Origin: Pavona decussata | Taxonomy: Eukaryota | Reading direction: 5' to 3' | Assembly: GCA_977016875.1 (NCBI GenBank) | Contig: CDRNST010000091.1 | Span: 62,001 to 126,000, forward strand | Length of the DNA stretch: 64,000 nt | Part shown: piece by piece, positions 1 through 13,600 of the stretch | Layout of the letters: each line of letters opens with the position of its first letter | How positions within the stretch are numbered: the first letter of the stretch is position 1 | Translations under genes and position numbers: made by a program | The notes under the pieces: model-generated | What the model was told of the DNA's origin: nothing | The model's database searches: none | The model's input: the letters and a program-made list of their open reading frames with translations, nothing else

Positions 1-3000
1 GTGATTGAGCACCTAATAGGCATAAGGTTAACTTAGTTTGGGGAGGGAAGACACCTACCCTGGGGTTAGTCCTTGCTTCGGGGATTGGACACCTGATAGG
101 AGAAAGGTGAGGAAAGTTTTGTAAGGTCGAACACCTGCCCTGTGGTTAGCTATTACTTGGGGAGGGTGAACACCTACCCTGGGGGTACCTCTTGTTTGGG
201 GGATTGGGCATCCCATAGGGGTAAGGTTACCTTAGTTTGGGGAGAGTGAACACCTGTCTTGGGGTTAGTTGTTGCTGATAGGAGAAAGGTTAGCTAAGTT
301 TTGGAAGGGTGAACACCTGCCCTGCGGTTGGCTATTGCTTGGGAAATTGAGCACCTCATAGGAGAAAAATTAGCTTAATTTGAGAAGTGTGAACACCTAC
401 CCTGGGGTTACCTATTGTTAAGGAAATTGGGCATCCCATACGGGAAACGTGAGCTTAGTCTTAGAAGGGTGAACACCTTCCCTGGGATAAGCAATTGTTT
501 GACGGCTTGGGCACCCCATAGGGTTAAGATTAGCTTAGACTGGGGAGGGTCAACACCTACCCTGGGATTAGCTATTGTTTTTTTTTTTGTTTGGGGGGGA
601 TTGAGCACAACATAGGGGTAAGGTTGCCTTAGATTGGGGAGGGTCCACAACTACCCTGGGATTAGCTTTTGTTTGGGGGGGATTGAGCACAACATAGGGG
701 TAAGGTTAGCTTAGATTGGGGAGGGTCAACACCTACCCTGGGATTAGCTTTTGTTTGGGGAATCGGGCACTGACCTCAGAGGGGTAAGGTTACCTTAGTT
801 TGGGGAGGGTCAACGCGAGCCCTAGCTTAGTTTGGGGAGCGTGAACACCTATCCTGGGTATAGCTATTGTTTGGGGGATTGGGCACCTCACAGGAGTAAG
901 GTTAGCTTAGTCTGCGGAAGTGAACACGTACCTTGGGTATAGCTATTGTTTGGGGTCTAGGGTACCTAATAGGGGTAAGGTTAGCTTAGTTTGGGGAGAG
1001 TTAACACCTGCCTTGGGTATAGCTATGGTTGGGGGTATTGGGAAATGTTAGAGGGGCAAGGTAAGCTTAGTCTAGGGAGAGTGAACACATGCCCTGGGGT
1101 AAGCTATAATTTGGAGTATTGGGCACCTTAGAGGGGTAAGCTAGACTTAGTCTGGGAAGTCTAGCTATTGTTTGGGGAGTTGAACACCCTTTAGGCGTAA
1201 AGGTAGTTTACTTTGGGGAGGGTGAACACCTGCCCTGGGGTAAGCTCTTTTTTGGGGGATTGGACACCTCATAGGGATAAAGTTTTCTCAGTTTGCTAAG
1301 AGTGAACATCCTGGGGAGCTAAGCTATAATTTGGGGTATTGGGCACCTAAGAGGGGTAAGCTAGACTTAGTCTGGGAAGTAAGAAAACCTGCCTTGGGGT
1401 TAGCTATTGTTTGGGGGATTTAGCTCCTCAAAGGGTAAAGTTTAGCTTAATACAGGGAGAGTGCACGCCTGCCACGGGGTTAGCAATTGTTTGGGAGATT
1501 GGACACCATAATAGGGTAAGCGAGGCTTAGTCTGGGGAGGGAGAAAACCTGGCCTGGGGTTAGCTATTGTTTTGGGGATTGGGAGTCTCAAAGGATTAAT
1601 GTTTGCTTAGTCTGGGGAGGATGAACCCCTACCCTGGGGTTAGGGATTGTTTAGGGGAATGGGCACCTCATAGGGGTAAGGTTAGGTTAGTTTAGGGAGC
1701 AGCTACTCTGGGGTTAGCTATGGTTTTTGAGATTGGACACCTCAGCGAGGGAAGGTTACCTTAATCTGGAGAGGGTCAATACCTACCCTGTGGTAAGCTA
1801 TTATTAGGGAAATTGGGCACCTCATAGGGGTGAAGTCAGCTTTATTTCAGGTGGGTGAACAACTGCCCTGGTTTAAGCTATTGTTTGGGGGATTAAGCAC
1901 CTTATAGGAGTAAGGTAAACTTAATTTGGGGAGGAAGACCACCTACCATGGGTATAGCTATTGTTTAGGGGATTGGGAAATGCCAGAGGGGTAAGCTAAG
2001 CTTAGGGTGCGTTTTTTTTATTCACAATTCTGGAATGAGAATGGACAGAATGTAAAATGCGCGCGTTTTTCTATTCCGCATTCCTATTCCAGAATGGACA
2101 GAATGCCATTCCATCCATTCTGCTCCCAGGGGCAGAATGAACAGAATGTTTTGAATGAAGATCCAAGATGGCGGACAGCGAGATGAGCGCTGCGGAGAAG
2201 AAAATCAGGTTACACTTTTGGACAAAATGAAGCATTTTTTCTAATTTCATTGTACCAAAAGTACGAGGAAAATTGCTGTGATAACGGCTTTAATGGCAGC
2301 CTCTTCGTCGGCCGCCATATTTGTTACGCAATGTTTACTTGGCCAGGACCGACGGTGGTTTTTTTATGCAGACAATCCGAATTGTTCCTATTCTAGAATT
2401 GTGGATAAAAAAAACCCGCCCTTAGTCTGGGGAGCGTGAACACATGCCCTGGGGTAAGCTATAATTTGGGGTATTGGGCACCTTAGAGGGGTAAGCTAGA
2501 CTTAGTCTGGGAAGTCTAGCTATTGTTTGGGGAGTTGAACACCCTTTAGGTGTAAAGGTAGTTTACTTCGGGGAAGGTGAACACCTGCCCTGGGGTTAGC
2601 TCTTTTTTGGGGGATTGGACACCTCATAGGGATAAAGTTTTCTCAGTTTGCAACGAGTGAACATCCTGGGGATAGCTGCTGTTTAGGGGATTGCCTAACT
2701 TCCCACAGGGGTAAGGTTATCTTAGTTTGGTAAGGATGGACACCTACCCTGGGGTTGGCTATTGTCTTGTTGTTTGGACACTTCATAGGAGTAAGGTTAA
2801 CTTAGTGTGGGGAGGGTGGTCACCTGTCCTGAGGAGAGGTATCGTTTGGGTATTTTTGTATCTCATACGGGTAAGGTAAGCTAAGCCTGTGGAGGGTAAA
2901 CACCTGCCTTGGGGTTACATGTAGCTCTTGTTTGGGGAATGGGGCATTTTATAGGAGTATGAATAGGTTAGTTCAGGGAGAGTGAATAGCTGCACTGGGG

Positions 3001-3098
3001 TTAGCTACATTGTATGTTTTGGGGGCTCTTGCACCTCACAGGGATGAGGTTAGCTTAGTCTGGGGAGGAATGGACACCTGCCTTGGGATTAGCTCTTC
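1..3098. repeat. 80-bp G-rich satellite array 1 (first coding intron of left paralog; truncated by window start)
   Basis: Tandem diverged monomers, consensus approx GGGCACCTCATAGGGGTAAGGTTAGCTTAGTTTGGGGAGGGTGAACACCTACCCTGGGGTTAGCTATTGTTTGGGGGATT (80 nt); interrupted by a MITE at 2005-2421. Confidence 0.95.
2005..2421. mobile_element. PIF/Harbinger-type MITE inserted in satellite
   Basis: About 30-bp imperfect TIRs (GGGTGCGTTTTTTTTATTCACAATTCTGGAAT / ATTCTAGAATTGTGGATAAAAAAAACCCGCCC) and TTA TSD (2002-2004, 2422-2424). A duplicated satellite block at ~1041-1316 shows the empty site. Confidence 0.85.
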
Positions 3099-3200
3099 TA
3101 TACCAGACAAACAATGCACACAAATAGTGTGTGTTGACTGTACAATATTCAAGATGTGCGTTAGCTATATCAGTTCAATTACCGGCAGACTGAGAGTTAC

Positions 3201-3221
3201 CTTAATTGTCAACCTGGACAT
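3201..3221 (-). CDS. Predicted first coding exon segment (MSRLTIK) of a third GT4-NLR paralog whose body lies left of the window; whole exon 3269-3201
   Basis: Near-identical to 30929-30861; acceptor tttacag, donor AAG|gtaact, phase 0. Confidence 0.7.
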
Positions 3222-4301
3222 CACAGGAAGCCTTCAGAAACAACCTTCAACTCTGATGCTAAATTAAAACTGTAAATAGAAATAAAAGCTTGTTTCAGTA
3301 GGGTGGTTGTGTGTGATTCCATGTTTGTTTGACCAATATTGTTTTAAAAATAAATCCTACAACACAAGGTTTTATTTTTTCCCCGTGTACATGCACAGTA
3401 TGGGCCATAGACCTACATAGAATGTTTGGAATATGATGGATTTACAAGCAAACTACATATCCCTTCATGTGTATAGTTTCAATTTCAACAAACTTATGCA
3501 AGAACAGACGTAATGCAGCTATTATTACCTTGTATTCATACTGAACTTATAGTCACTGCAAAAAATAGTTTTAAAACGAGTTGGGACAACTCAGTAGAGT
3601 GGCATTGGAATTCGAAACAGCTTCTCAAGAAAGGGAATTACATGGACCATAGTTTAGCTACATGTCAGAGTGGACTTGTAAATATGGGTGATTCATAGAA
3701 ACCAAAAGAATTTTATACAGATGTTTGTAGACATAAGACACACTCCTAAATAGCACTTATGTGAGATGGCATCACAAATTTTCTTGGTAGTGATCTGAGC
3801 ATCGTGTTTATTTACTCATATAGAAGAATGATACAGTAGGAAAGGTTAAGGCATGTTATTTGGGGATTTTTTTGTTTAAAATGTGCAGTTCCAGAAAAGC
3901 TCCATACCCACCCCAATGAGCTGGTAATCAGAAATTCCTTTGGGGAGGGGGATCTCAAAAACCAAACTTTTAGAAACATTGAAGTATGGAGCTTAACTGG
4001 AATTTCCAGGGGGGAGGGGGAGATGCAAAACAAAGAACCTTCTGTAGGGGGAGTACAGATATTTTCTGGAACTGTACAATGTTTCACTAATGCATTGCTT
4101 ATAAGTGTAAAATAATATAATTCTGCCATCAAGAGAAACAACATGTCTTGGCATGTGACATGGATGACCTGGAACTTCTTTAGAAATGGCTTGCAAAGAT
4201 TTCAAGAACCAACACGCCAGTGAACGAATATTTGAGGATTTGAGGCGATCACTTTGAAGCTTCCTGTTTCATTTAATGCTCAGGTTCAAATCGTTAGAAA
4301 T

Positions 4302-4349
<48 letters not shown>

Positions 4350-4357
4350 TATAATAA
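4302..4357. repeat. (ATA)n microsatellite
   Basis: Direct observation; absent from the paralogous position near 35625. Confidence 0.95.
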
Positions 4358-5569
4358 TCTTTAAACAGGGGGCATTCTCACAAAAGTGGTTTTCAGAATG
4401 GCCCTGTATAAAATAAATAAATAGTGAACAATAAATAAAATTTACAGACATTACTGTTACAATCTATGAAGTAAGTCTGTGCCAACAAAGTTTTGCTTTG
4501 CTCTGAAACAAAAACTGGCTGGAAAGCCACCAGCTAAGCAAAATCCAATCAAAGAAACGCAAAGCAATTCGAAATCTTCCAAACATGATGCACATGCAAA
4601 CAAAAAAACTTGTGGAGATGCCGAAGAATCTGAATTGAAATTTTCGAGCCGAAAAATGAAGCCAATGGCAAGGAACTATAAATTTTTTTTATTATAGAAA
4701 GTTAAATTTCTCAAGGGAAATAGCTGAATTTGCTTTAGAGACAAGAAAGGTTCTCAGTTTCCTTTGATGATCCCAGCTTTAAATAATGGGTATCAATGAT
4801 TCTGTACAAGCTTAAAATCACTGGCAATTTTTCCATCACATACTTTTCACATAGCGATGTATGTCATCATGTTAAAATGGGCAAAGAAAATTCAGGTAGG
4901 GTCAGGTTCAACCATTAGCAATTCCCTTCCACCAAGCAGTGTAAGTAGGAAACATGAACTCATCACCTGTGTTAATACCAAGATTTTGCCGCTTTTATGC
5001 AATGTGTGATATATGTCATTTTTGAGACCACCATTTATATAACTTTGAACTCAAAAGAAAGATTGAGTTAATTCAGTTGAATGAATCATTTTCAACACAA
5101 ACTGATTTCACAGTAAAGACGTCACACTTTTTGACTAAGCTTCGATTCAGTCCGATTTATTTTGTTTCTTTCTTGCAGCAAAGCAATCAGGTATAGTCAG
5201 TTGACTAGGGCTTTTTCGTCTAAACGAAGCACTGGGAATAACATTATAATAATTATTATCCTCAGTAACATTGATTTTAGTCAAGCTTCCTAGAGTCATG
5301 TCCGATCTGTGCTACATTTCTCTCAAATTCCCATGAAACATCACCAGCAAGCCTTGTTTTGAAATTACCAAAGAAAACATGACATCATCATGCATAAGGG
5401 CTATTGGAACAAAACGTTTAGTTAAAAAAAATGGACGGGGAGGGGAAGGCTTATCTAATAGCTTGTGTGAAAGGTGTTAATGGTAGGCTTATCTAATAGC
5501 TTGTATGAAAGGTGTTAAGGGTAGTTTTCTATGCAGTGTGACTGATTTCAAGAAACAACAAAAACTTAC

Positions 5570-5643
5570 CAAAAGTTGCTGCAGAGTATATCATCACTGA
5601 CATCTTGAATCCACGTAAAGCAACACTAGGACACTGGCGAGGT
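5570..5643 (-). other. Predicted 5'UTR exon (74 nt) of left paralog
   Basis: ttttaaag acceptor and TTG|gtaagt donor; same length and nearly identical to 37782-37709. Confidence 0.55.
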
Positions 5644-5978
5644 CTTTAAAATTACATTAAAAAACCAATAAGTTATAGAACACTGAAATTACTCACTAAA
5701 TTTTACGTATAATGCATGAAGCTGGGATTTCATTGTCGCATAATTTTGCATACATTTACAGGTGTAAATTCATGTGCCTAAATCAAACTAGAAAAAACAA
5801 ACAGACAGCTTAATTACCCTCTTATGTAAATTCAGATCCATTAAAGCATGAAAAATTACATGACAGTGAAAATTCACCTTGAGTAAGGTTTACCCTAAAG
5901 GATTGGGACATCAGTCTTAAGAATAAAAACTCCAATTTATTACTCCAATTTCTCATGCATGCATTACAAATATGACCT

Positions 5979-6218
5979 ATATTTAACAATATCGACAGCA
6001 GTTTTCTATGGTCCTCTTATAGACCATAAAATGACGTCAAAAAATGTTCAAAACTCAAGTGGAACCACGAGCCGCAGGCGAGTGGTTTCACTGCCAAGTT
6101 TTGGACATTTTGAGAAAGCGTGCGCGTTACATCTGACGTCATTTTTTTTGTCTGTACTCTTATAGACGATAGCTACAGGCCAATTAGCGCGTGGAAATTT
6201 GGGCAGTAATTGTAAAAT
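5979..6218. mobile_element. Palindromic non-autonomous repeat (MITE-like)
   Basis: Ends TATTTAACAAT / ATTGTAAAAT and an internal inverted repeat (TGACGTCA..AAACT..GTGGAACCAC / GTGGTTTCAC..GTTTT..GACGTCA); missing from the paralogous unit near 38035. Confidence 0.55.
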
Positions 6219-6789
6219 CAACTATGGACAATCAATAAATCCAAGATTTTGTATAAAGTACAGTAGGTTAGGAAAATTTTAGCAGCTGAATTAACGTGCT
6301 GGAAGTATGCTCTTCAAAACAGTATCTGTGTTGAAGGATTCCTGTAATTTTTGACAGACCATCAAGTTCATCTAATTCACAATCTTAGGACACCTTCACA
6401 AAAATCGTAGGAGATTATATCAACATGGCAAATGAGTGCTGAAAAACGTTTTACTGACCGTAAACCATGACAAAAGTGTCTGCAGTGATCACTCATCTTT
6501 CCTAGACATATCTTTTCACTTAATATCTCATTTGTAAGCAAGGGCCCAGTCGTAAACAGTAAGTTCATCTAAGTTTATGTAAGTTATTAAAACAGTAAGT
6601 TTTTTTAGACTGGACTGGGGGTTAGTTATATGAAATCTCCACTGATCTCACAGTTGTTTTATATTAATTTATTATTTTGCTGTTGGACCTGAGAGATTTA
6701 GACAACAACAAGCAAACAAACAAAGAAATAGGGTAAAATCACAACGTCAGCTTTTTGTAATGACATAAATCAGACATTTTCCTGTAAAA

Positions 6790-7768
6790 CCCAGGGTAGT
6801 CAATCGATAAAAATTGATATCGGAAAATCATTCGATAAATCGATATCTATCGATAAATTGAATTTAAACGATATCAACTTTATCGGTCAATCGATAAAAT
6901 TTGATACTCACACGCCGACAAAGTGTTAATGTTATCGATTGTATCGGCTTCATCGATCGTTATTGAATCGATAAAAATTATCCTGTTTCCGTTGAGGGAG
7001 CGCTTGATTGTGACTCTTTAAATGTAGATTTCAAAGGCGGCAATGAAATGATTTGTTGACAAACACTGCACAAGAGACCAAAGAGACTGCATTACGATTT
7101 TCTTCCTGATTTTATTGTTCGATTAACCAGGTTCAATTACAAACGTAAATTATTGTTCCTTTTCCGGCTTCAACGTTGTCGTCTAAATTTTCTCTTTTTC
7201 CTTAATGTTCCGTTGGTTTTGAAACTACGTTTTAACCTAAGAAATATGGGGAACAAGAAGAATTTAGATTACGAGCCTGGGGACGTCCAGATGATTTGTT
7301 CATAATATTCTTTACTCAAAAAATCACGAAAATCTTTCCCTTTAAAGACTGGGTGAAAGAGCAACGAGTATGCGATTGTGTTACATAAGCAAATAAATAA
7401 AACAGTGGAATAATCAACCAGGGATCTATATCGGATTTCAAATACAACACACGCTGAGTAAATTATACTTAAAGTTTGTAGAAAAGAAAAGATGAAGCAA
7501 TTTTTATAGGGAAGTTTTATAAGTGTCTCTGCGAGTTCTTTAATTTCTTTTTGTGTTTCCATTTCGAAAATTGGAACGATAATTCAGTTTCGATAAATTC
7601 GATATTTATCGATAAAATCGATAGCCCTGATTCAAAAATCGATAATTATCGATTACTCACAACGAAATCTTTTATCAATTTTTATCGAATTTCGAAAAAA
7701 TTAATCGATTTTTATTGATTATTATCGAATGCTATCGATTATTGATATTATCGATTGACTACCCCGGG
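6790..7768. mobile_element. Non-autonomous DNA transposon with ATCGAT-rich subterminal repeats
   Basis: TIR CCC(A/G)GGGTAGTCAATCGATAA; 7-bp TSD TGTAAAA (6783-6789, 7769-7775); empty site CCTGTAAAATTC at ~39430. Confidence 0.85.
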
Positions 7769-8152
7769 TGTAAAATTCGCAGAAGCATACAAATTTGGAA
7801 ACTTTCTTTAATGGATACCTACATGTAAGCTTAACTTTAAGATGGCCAAAGAAAACAACCGGCCCTTTTTCACTCTCGATCGTCGGCTCTATCCGTAAAT
7901 TAACTACAGTGATAGCCATCAAGAGTTATGAGAGTTCACAAATAAATCAAATTAGCTGCAAACAAGCAGATTGTACATGTCACGCGATCCGTCTCACAAA
8001 ATTCATGTGCGGTTTCTTCAGAACAGAGGTGTGTACGTTCTGCTAAATTTATGCTCGCTGTTTGTGGAAGAGGGTAAGTATGACAGTGGTGCACAGAACT
8101 TGACGTTATTTTATCTCGACGTTGAGTTCCCATAAACTTGTCCCAAGCTTAC

Positions 8153-8171
8153 CTTCTGGCATGCCGAAAAT
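8153..8171 (-). other. Predicted 19-nt 5'UTR micro-exon containing an upstream ATG (left paralog)
   Basis: gcctgcag|ATTTTCGGCATGCCAGAAG|gtaagc; identical to 39767-39749. Confidence 0.5.
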
Positions 8172-8374
8172 CTGCAGGCAAATTGAGTTGCACGTAAACG
8201 CCAAAGCGATCACGCTATTCCCAGCAGCCTACATATTACGACTCTTGTGACTCGATGAAGTCAGCCCATGGTTACACGATTGCATCAGATACGAAAACGC
8301 GAAAATTCAAAGATAAAAGATACAAAACAATTTAAAACTTCACCCTGATGAAGAATTCTGTGGCTGCATACTCC

Positions 8375-8445
8375 CTGGACTTCCGCGTTGCTCCCAAATA
8401 TGGTAAACGGCTTATTTCATTGGTCAAATAGTGCCACGTGGTTTG
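8375..8445 (-). promoter_or_regulatory. Putative promoter of left paralog
   Basis: ETS-like GCGGAAGT, CCAAT box and CACGTG E-box on the minus strand, upstream of the predicted UTR exons; conserved at ~39983-40050. Confidence 0.4.
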
Positions 8446-8674
8446 TCATATGAAGCTGGAAGAACAAAATTAGAGGCTGGACAAGGAATCAACGCAAGGA
8501 AATGGATTTTTGAGGGCATCGAAAGAGAAAAACCCAAGTATGAAATCAAGAACACCCAACCTGGATGACTTAATCCCCAGTCTCATCAAGGCCCTACTCT
8601 TTACCGTTTATGAGTCGTTTGCTTTTGTATTTGTTTTTTCTCTCCTTGGGCAGAAGACTGTGATCTGGATACTA

Positions 8675-9079
8675 AGGGGCTATTTTCATGGAGGAAAATC
8701 CAAGCACTAGGAAGATCCTAGAAGGCGGATCACCCAAGCGCCATATGTTTTCTGTATCCAGTTTACATGCAAAAAGTTGTACTTGGCCCTTGCGATAGGA
8801 TCTTGCCGGCTAGCTGACGACTGAGCTGAGAGATAGGAAGATCCTAGCACCATGTAAACTAGATTCGCTTAAAAGATCCTACTACTGGGGACAAAAAAGA
8901 ACAAACATGCCTGCAGCCGAGCGTTCAGCTGCTAAAGGCCGACAATTTTTCTTCTTTTCCTTCTCCACTTGGTAACCACTCCGACCAAAATTTCTGCACA
9001 TGAAACACAAGAAAAGTTGATCCGCCTTCTTGGATCTTCCTTGTGATAGGATCCTCCTCCCTTCATGTAAACAGCGCCT
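8675..9079. mobile_element. Harbinger-like MITE (GGGGCTGTTTACATG family), pre-duplication copy
   Basis: TIRs GGGGCTATTTTCATG / CATGTAAACAGCGCC; copy at the paralogous site 40360-40757; further copy at 38427-38837. Confidence 0.7.
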
Positions 9080-9701
9080 TAGCCTTGGAGACATTCCTTT
9101 TCCTAGAAAATGTATTTTTAGAATTGTCCTCAAGGGACCTTCGGACCGTCCACAGCTCAATTATCCAATCAAAGAAGAAAAATGACAGTTAAATTGTAAT
9201 ACATCATACCTTCTCGCTTGAAAAGTAGTTCTAAAAATAAACTTTACAACAGAGACAGAGTTTCCTAGTCATTGGCTTCTGACCTGGGCTGTGATCTGAT
9301 TTGTTTACAAAAAAAAACAAAAAAAAAAAACAGACGTCTAAAGTAGCAGATATCTTTTGCGGCTTTAGCTTCACTCCCCGAGAAAAATCATGGCCTCGTC
9401 CAATTAAAACGAAGATTTAGAAAACCACATATTATAAACGTAGAACACGGTGTTACTGGCGTGAACAGTGTCCAGTGATTCTGACTTTGAGATGAGGTGG
9501 AAAACCAACGGAATGCAATGCAAATGAAACACGATGAGCCAATCACAGACGAGCATTTGACACGTGAACTGAGGTGATTTCGTGGCTGGCGCGTCTTACA
9601 AACCACTTCCAAAGTTTGATGAACGAACGATAGCAACGAGCGAGAAAACGTTTCATCTTCTTCGCCGCATGTCTAAAGCAAATCACAGAAAAGCGAAATT
9701 A

Positions 9702-9875
9702 CAGTGCGACGAACTCAACCGGGGCCCTCCGAAAAAACCCGACACTTTGAAATTTAAAGAAATGTTCTCGTTTTTGATTGGTTTACAAGCTACCAAAGCC
9801 AGACTCCTTTGTTGTAAATGTGACCTGTGATTGGCTGATCAATGTTGGGTGGCCCCAGTTGAGTTCGTTGCACTG
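9702..9875. mobile_element. Tc1/mariner-type MITE
   Basis: TIRs CAGTGCGACGAACTCAACCGGGGCC / GGCCCCAGTTGAGTTCGTTGCACTG flanked by TA on both sides. Confidence 0.75.
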
Positions 9876-10620
9876 TAATACGGCTGCAGATTTGAGGACT
9901 ACTGGTTGTAGGAGACGCAACAAGGTTAGCTACGTTTTACAATGCATTCCGAAGTTTGATTGATTCGTATACTGAGTCATCACAATGCATGTAAACTCAA
10001 AATTATTCACCGCAGTTGGTTAAAATTTGTACATCGCTTCACTCCTTTGTTCAGTTTCTAAGTATAAGGGAGTTAGTTTCTAAAGAAACTGCAGTGCTGC
10101 GTCAGTGGGGAGTAGAAACAAATGCTTGGTTTGTCACCAGATTTGAGTACCTGGCAGAAGGATAAACTGAACAACTTATTCTATTCATCAACAGCAGTTG
10201 CAATCCCAATGCAACAAAATTTTGGTCGAATCAAATTTTGGTGTGGAAAGGGCAAAACTTCATGAGGTTTACCTCCGATTATAACACTTTTTCTCTTCAG
10301 GCCGCCAACGCGGGAGAATTCAGGTGAGACTCCGACTGTCATTTTTATACGACGAGAGAAGAGTGCATGCGGTGTCAACAAAAAGACTGCGTTCAGAGAT
10401 CCCTTTAAAGACACGAACATGACTAAACCCAGACTCAGCGAGCTGTCTCTTATGTTATTTTTCTCAATGGTGGTGGAAGGAAGAAAACACGCGCGAGCGA
10501 ATCAACTCCCGCGCGTTCTCGCGTGTTCACTTTTGGTGTGGACAAAATCGTGCACAAATTACACATTGCAAGCGTTCGCTACCGAAATCGCATCTAAATT
10601 CGCCTGTGTAAACGTCCTAT

Positions 10621-13600
10621 TAATCCAGCTGCTAACGACCAGAAATGTTCGTTTTATGATAAAAGCATGAAACTTGGCAGGCTTACTAACCTCTGTGAGA
10701 GAAATATTTCCTGATATGGAGCCATCCCAAATTAACACCCAGGGCCACGTACAGCGCATGTCAAAAAATGGCATATAAAGCCTTCACATGGAAACGAGGC
10801 TGATGTAAAATGCTGATTTCCTGGCGTTGCTTGGACAACTATGTTTAGTTTCTTGCTTTCTATTATCAGAGCACGTTATATTATAAAGTGCTTTTGAATA
10901 TAAAAGCAAGTCATGTGACTGATCACGTGACTGTTTTGCATTCGATTAACAGCATAGCATTAAGCAACTAGTAAGATTTAAGAATCCCTCTTTCTCAACA
11001 GAAATTTCTTCGATGCCAGGTGATTTGAAATAATTTTTAACCATTCTATGAATTCTGAAATAAAGTCATTAAAAATGTACACCTAGAAGCACACAATTAT
11101 GCATGCACAAAATTGGAGCGTCGGGAATTGCATGAAATTGAGACTGACACATTCACGTTGGTTTTGTTGAGATAATCCGCTTGGATAAGGCGCTGCACCT
11201 AAGAAACGATCGATGATTTCCGACTGAAAAAAAAAATGACTGATTTTTATCCCCTAAGGAGGTTACCAAATACTATTTCTATTTCCCTTCTGAAAGTCAA
11301 AGCTTATTACAAAAAAGCTGATATCTTCTCCAGTAAGCCATCATCATCATCATCATCGTTCGCCTCTCAAGGTCGGGACGTACGCAAACTTCACGATCCA
11401 CCATAGCGTTCCCGAGATCTGACCTTTCTATCCCTGAGTCGCTGGCAATCATGTCGGGAAAGGTCAATCTTCTGGAGTGGATAGGGCCACTTGGCTTCCA
11501 TAGTAAGAGGAACTGGGTAATCTCACCCATAGCTCTCTGGCAATGACCGGCGAATTAAAGTTGCCGCTTGGCGAGCTTCTGGGAGAGTGGTAGAAGATTT
11601 CCGTAAATGCTCTTGTGAACGTGTGGCGTGCTCAGAAAAGTGAATGTTTTGAGCACGTGGAAGTAGATTGGTATATGTCCCATCAAGCCGTTGTTGTTGA
11701 CGCGAAGTTAGTGTCCACGTCTCGGGACCATAAAGCAGAATTTGCTCAATCAACATATTAAGCAAATAGATGTTCTGTTCATTGGCAAGGTCGGAATGTT
11801 ATATCTTGTTGAGCTTATTACACGCAAGCTAAGGCTTTACGGGACTTCACATCCTTTTGTCAGTAGATTATGTATGGGCCGAGATATTTGAAGTCGTCCA
11901 CTTGAGTGATCATTGCGCCTGCTAATGAGCGCAGGTGACACTTCGTAGCAGTGGAACTGTTTTGCAATGTCATCTACAAAATCAAGATCAGTTGGATACT
12001 TTGCATGGTGCCTTTGGCTACGTTTAGGATCGATTTGTAGGCCCTGTTCATTGATGGTGTAGTGTGTAGTGAGAGGAGGAGAACATAGTCCAGCACAGTG
12101 ATGAATAGGAATGGCGCTAAAGTTAGCCGGCAATTCCTGTGAAGGCACGGCGTTCAAGCTTATCTTGAATGCCTGGGCCCTTAAGGGTAAAGTGTGGGTT
12201 TTTCTCCTGTGATAAAGCAGACTCCCCTTCAGGACTACGTGCCCATTCAAATCTTGAAGTAGACAATAAAGTGAGAAAATGTGCCATCCTTTTCAACGAA
12301 GTTTTTAGCAAAGTTATCTCTTAGTGACATATGATACCAAGCGCCAGGTCTCCCTGCACAATAAGACGAGGCAGTCAAAGTCCCCCAAGGATATCACCTA
12401 CAGATCATAGAGGAGATAGCATTTATTGAACTGATTGACAATTGCACAGATTACCAAGGGGTTAACCGTGTTTTGACCTTGCAAGACTCCACTCAGCCAA
12501 ATTGGAAGAACTTGGACTTAGAACCTGCCAAAGTCTACACTTCAGATTTGAAGGATAGATAATTATCAGCCCTTCCAGATCTTAACGCTCCCTCTCTCAA
12601 CGAAGAGACATCCTTTATGCCTAAGGCATACCATCTTGCAAGCTGCGAGTAGATATTCTGCAGCTTCAGAAATCCTTTGAATGGAAGATTTCCCACAAAC
12701 CGCCAAAGTGATGCTATTCCATCAACTCTCAAGACCCTTGTAAACATGATTATCAAAGGCCCCACAGTCCATCCGTAGCCCGGCCTGTAGAGAGTAACTC
12801 AAATTAAGCTGGTATGACCGTCTCTCATCTTTTCATCTTTAACAGCATCTCAAGCGATCAAAATCCCTCTTCTGCAGTGTAGTTTCCGCCACGCAAGAGA
12901 AAGGAATGTCCCTTCCTCCGCCTAATCTATGCTTTAAAGATTTATGGAGCAACAATGAAGCGACGTCTTATCAATGTTATGTTTGGCGTGGGCTTTGCAT
13001 TTCTTATGACGGACCTCTAGCTTTTCCCGATATCGCAAACAGTGTTTGTACACAGTTTGAAAAGAATGACGCTGCATGTCCTCCAGAACTGTGAGATGGT
13101 CTGTTTACAATTGCTGGACCTTGTACTTGGAAACTATAGATTAAAAGTTAAGCTCCACAAGTGCACACGATTCGTTCCTTGCAACAGCTCTCTCTCTTGT
13201 GCAGCTCCAACAAATGAGGAACCTGGGGTTGATAGTGGGATAAATACTGTACCTTTACACACTGTACACTGTGAAAATACTGTTCCTGCAGCCTCTGAAG
13301 CTTCCAAAGGGGCACAAATTCCAGCCCCTTTTCTTGAAGTACCTTCGGCAGTTTTAAGGGAAATTAACTTAAACATTTCCCAAGACTATAAGTCATATAA
13401 ATCTAGATCTTGACATTTTGGCAAGCACATCATATCAATTAAACGTAAGTTACTCGATGTATCTCAGCCTCGATTTCATGCATAGTTCCAATGTGGTACT
13501 TTTTGTGCATGCGTTAATATGAGTTTCTGGATGAATAATTCTAATAACAACCAGAAAATAAAAATCAGAATTCAGTCAGAGAATGGTCAAAAATCATTTC

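Noticed and set aside
408-650. Short ORFs in satellites, MITEs and antisense to the NLR and copia genes
   Set aside because: No recognisable domains; explained by repeats or by shadow frames of real coding sequence.
1-3098. CRISPR array or telomere interpretation of the repeats
   Set aside because: Contiguous diverged 80-bp monomers with no unique spacers, no cas genes, no pure TTAGGG runs, and a eukaryotic intron context.
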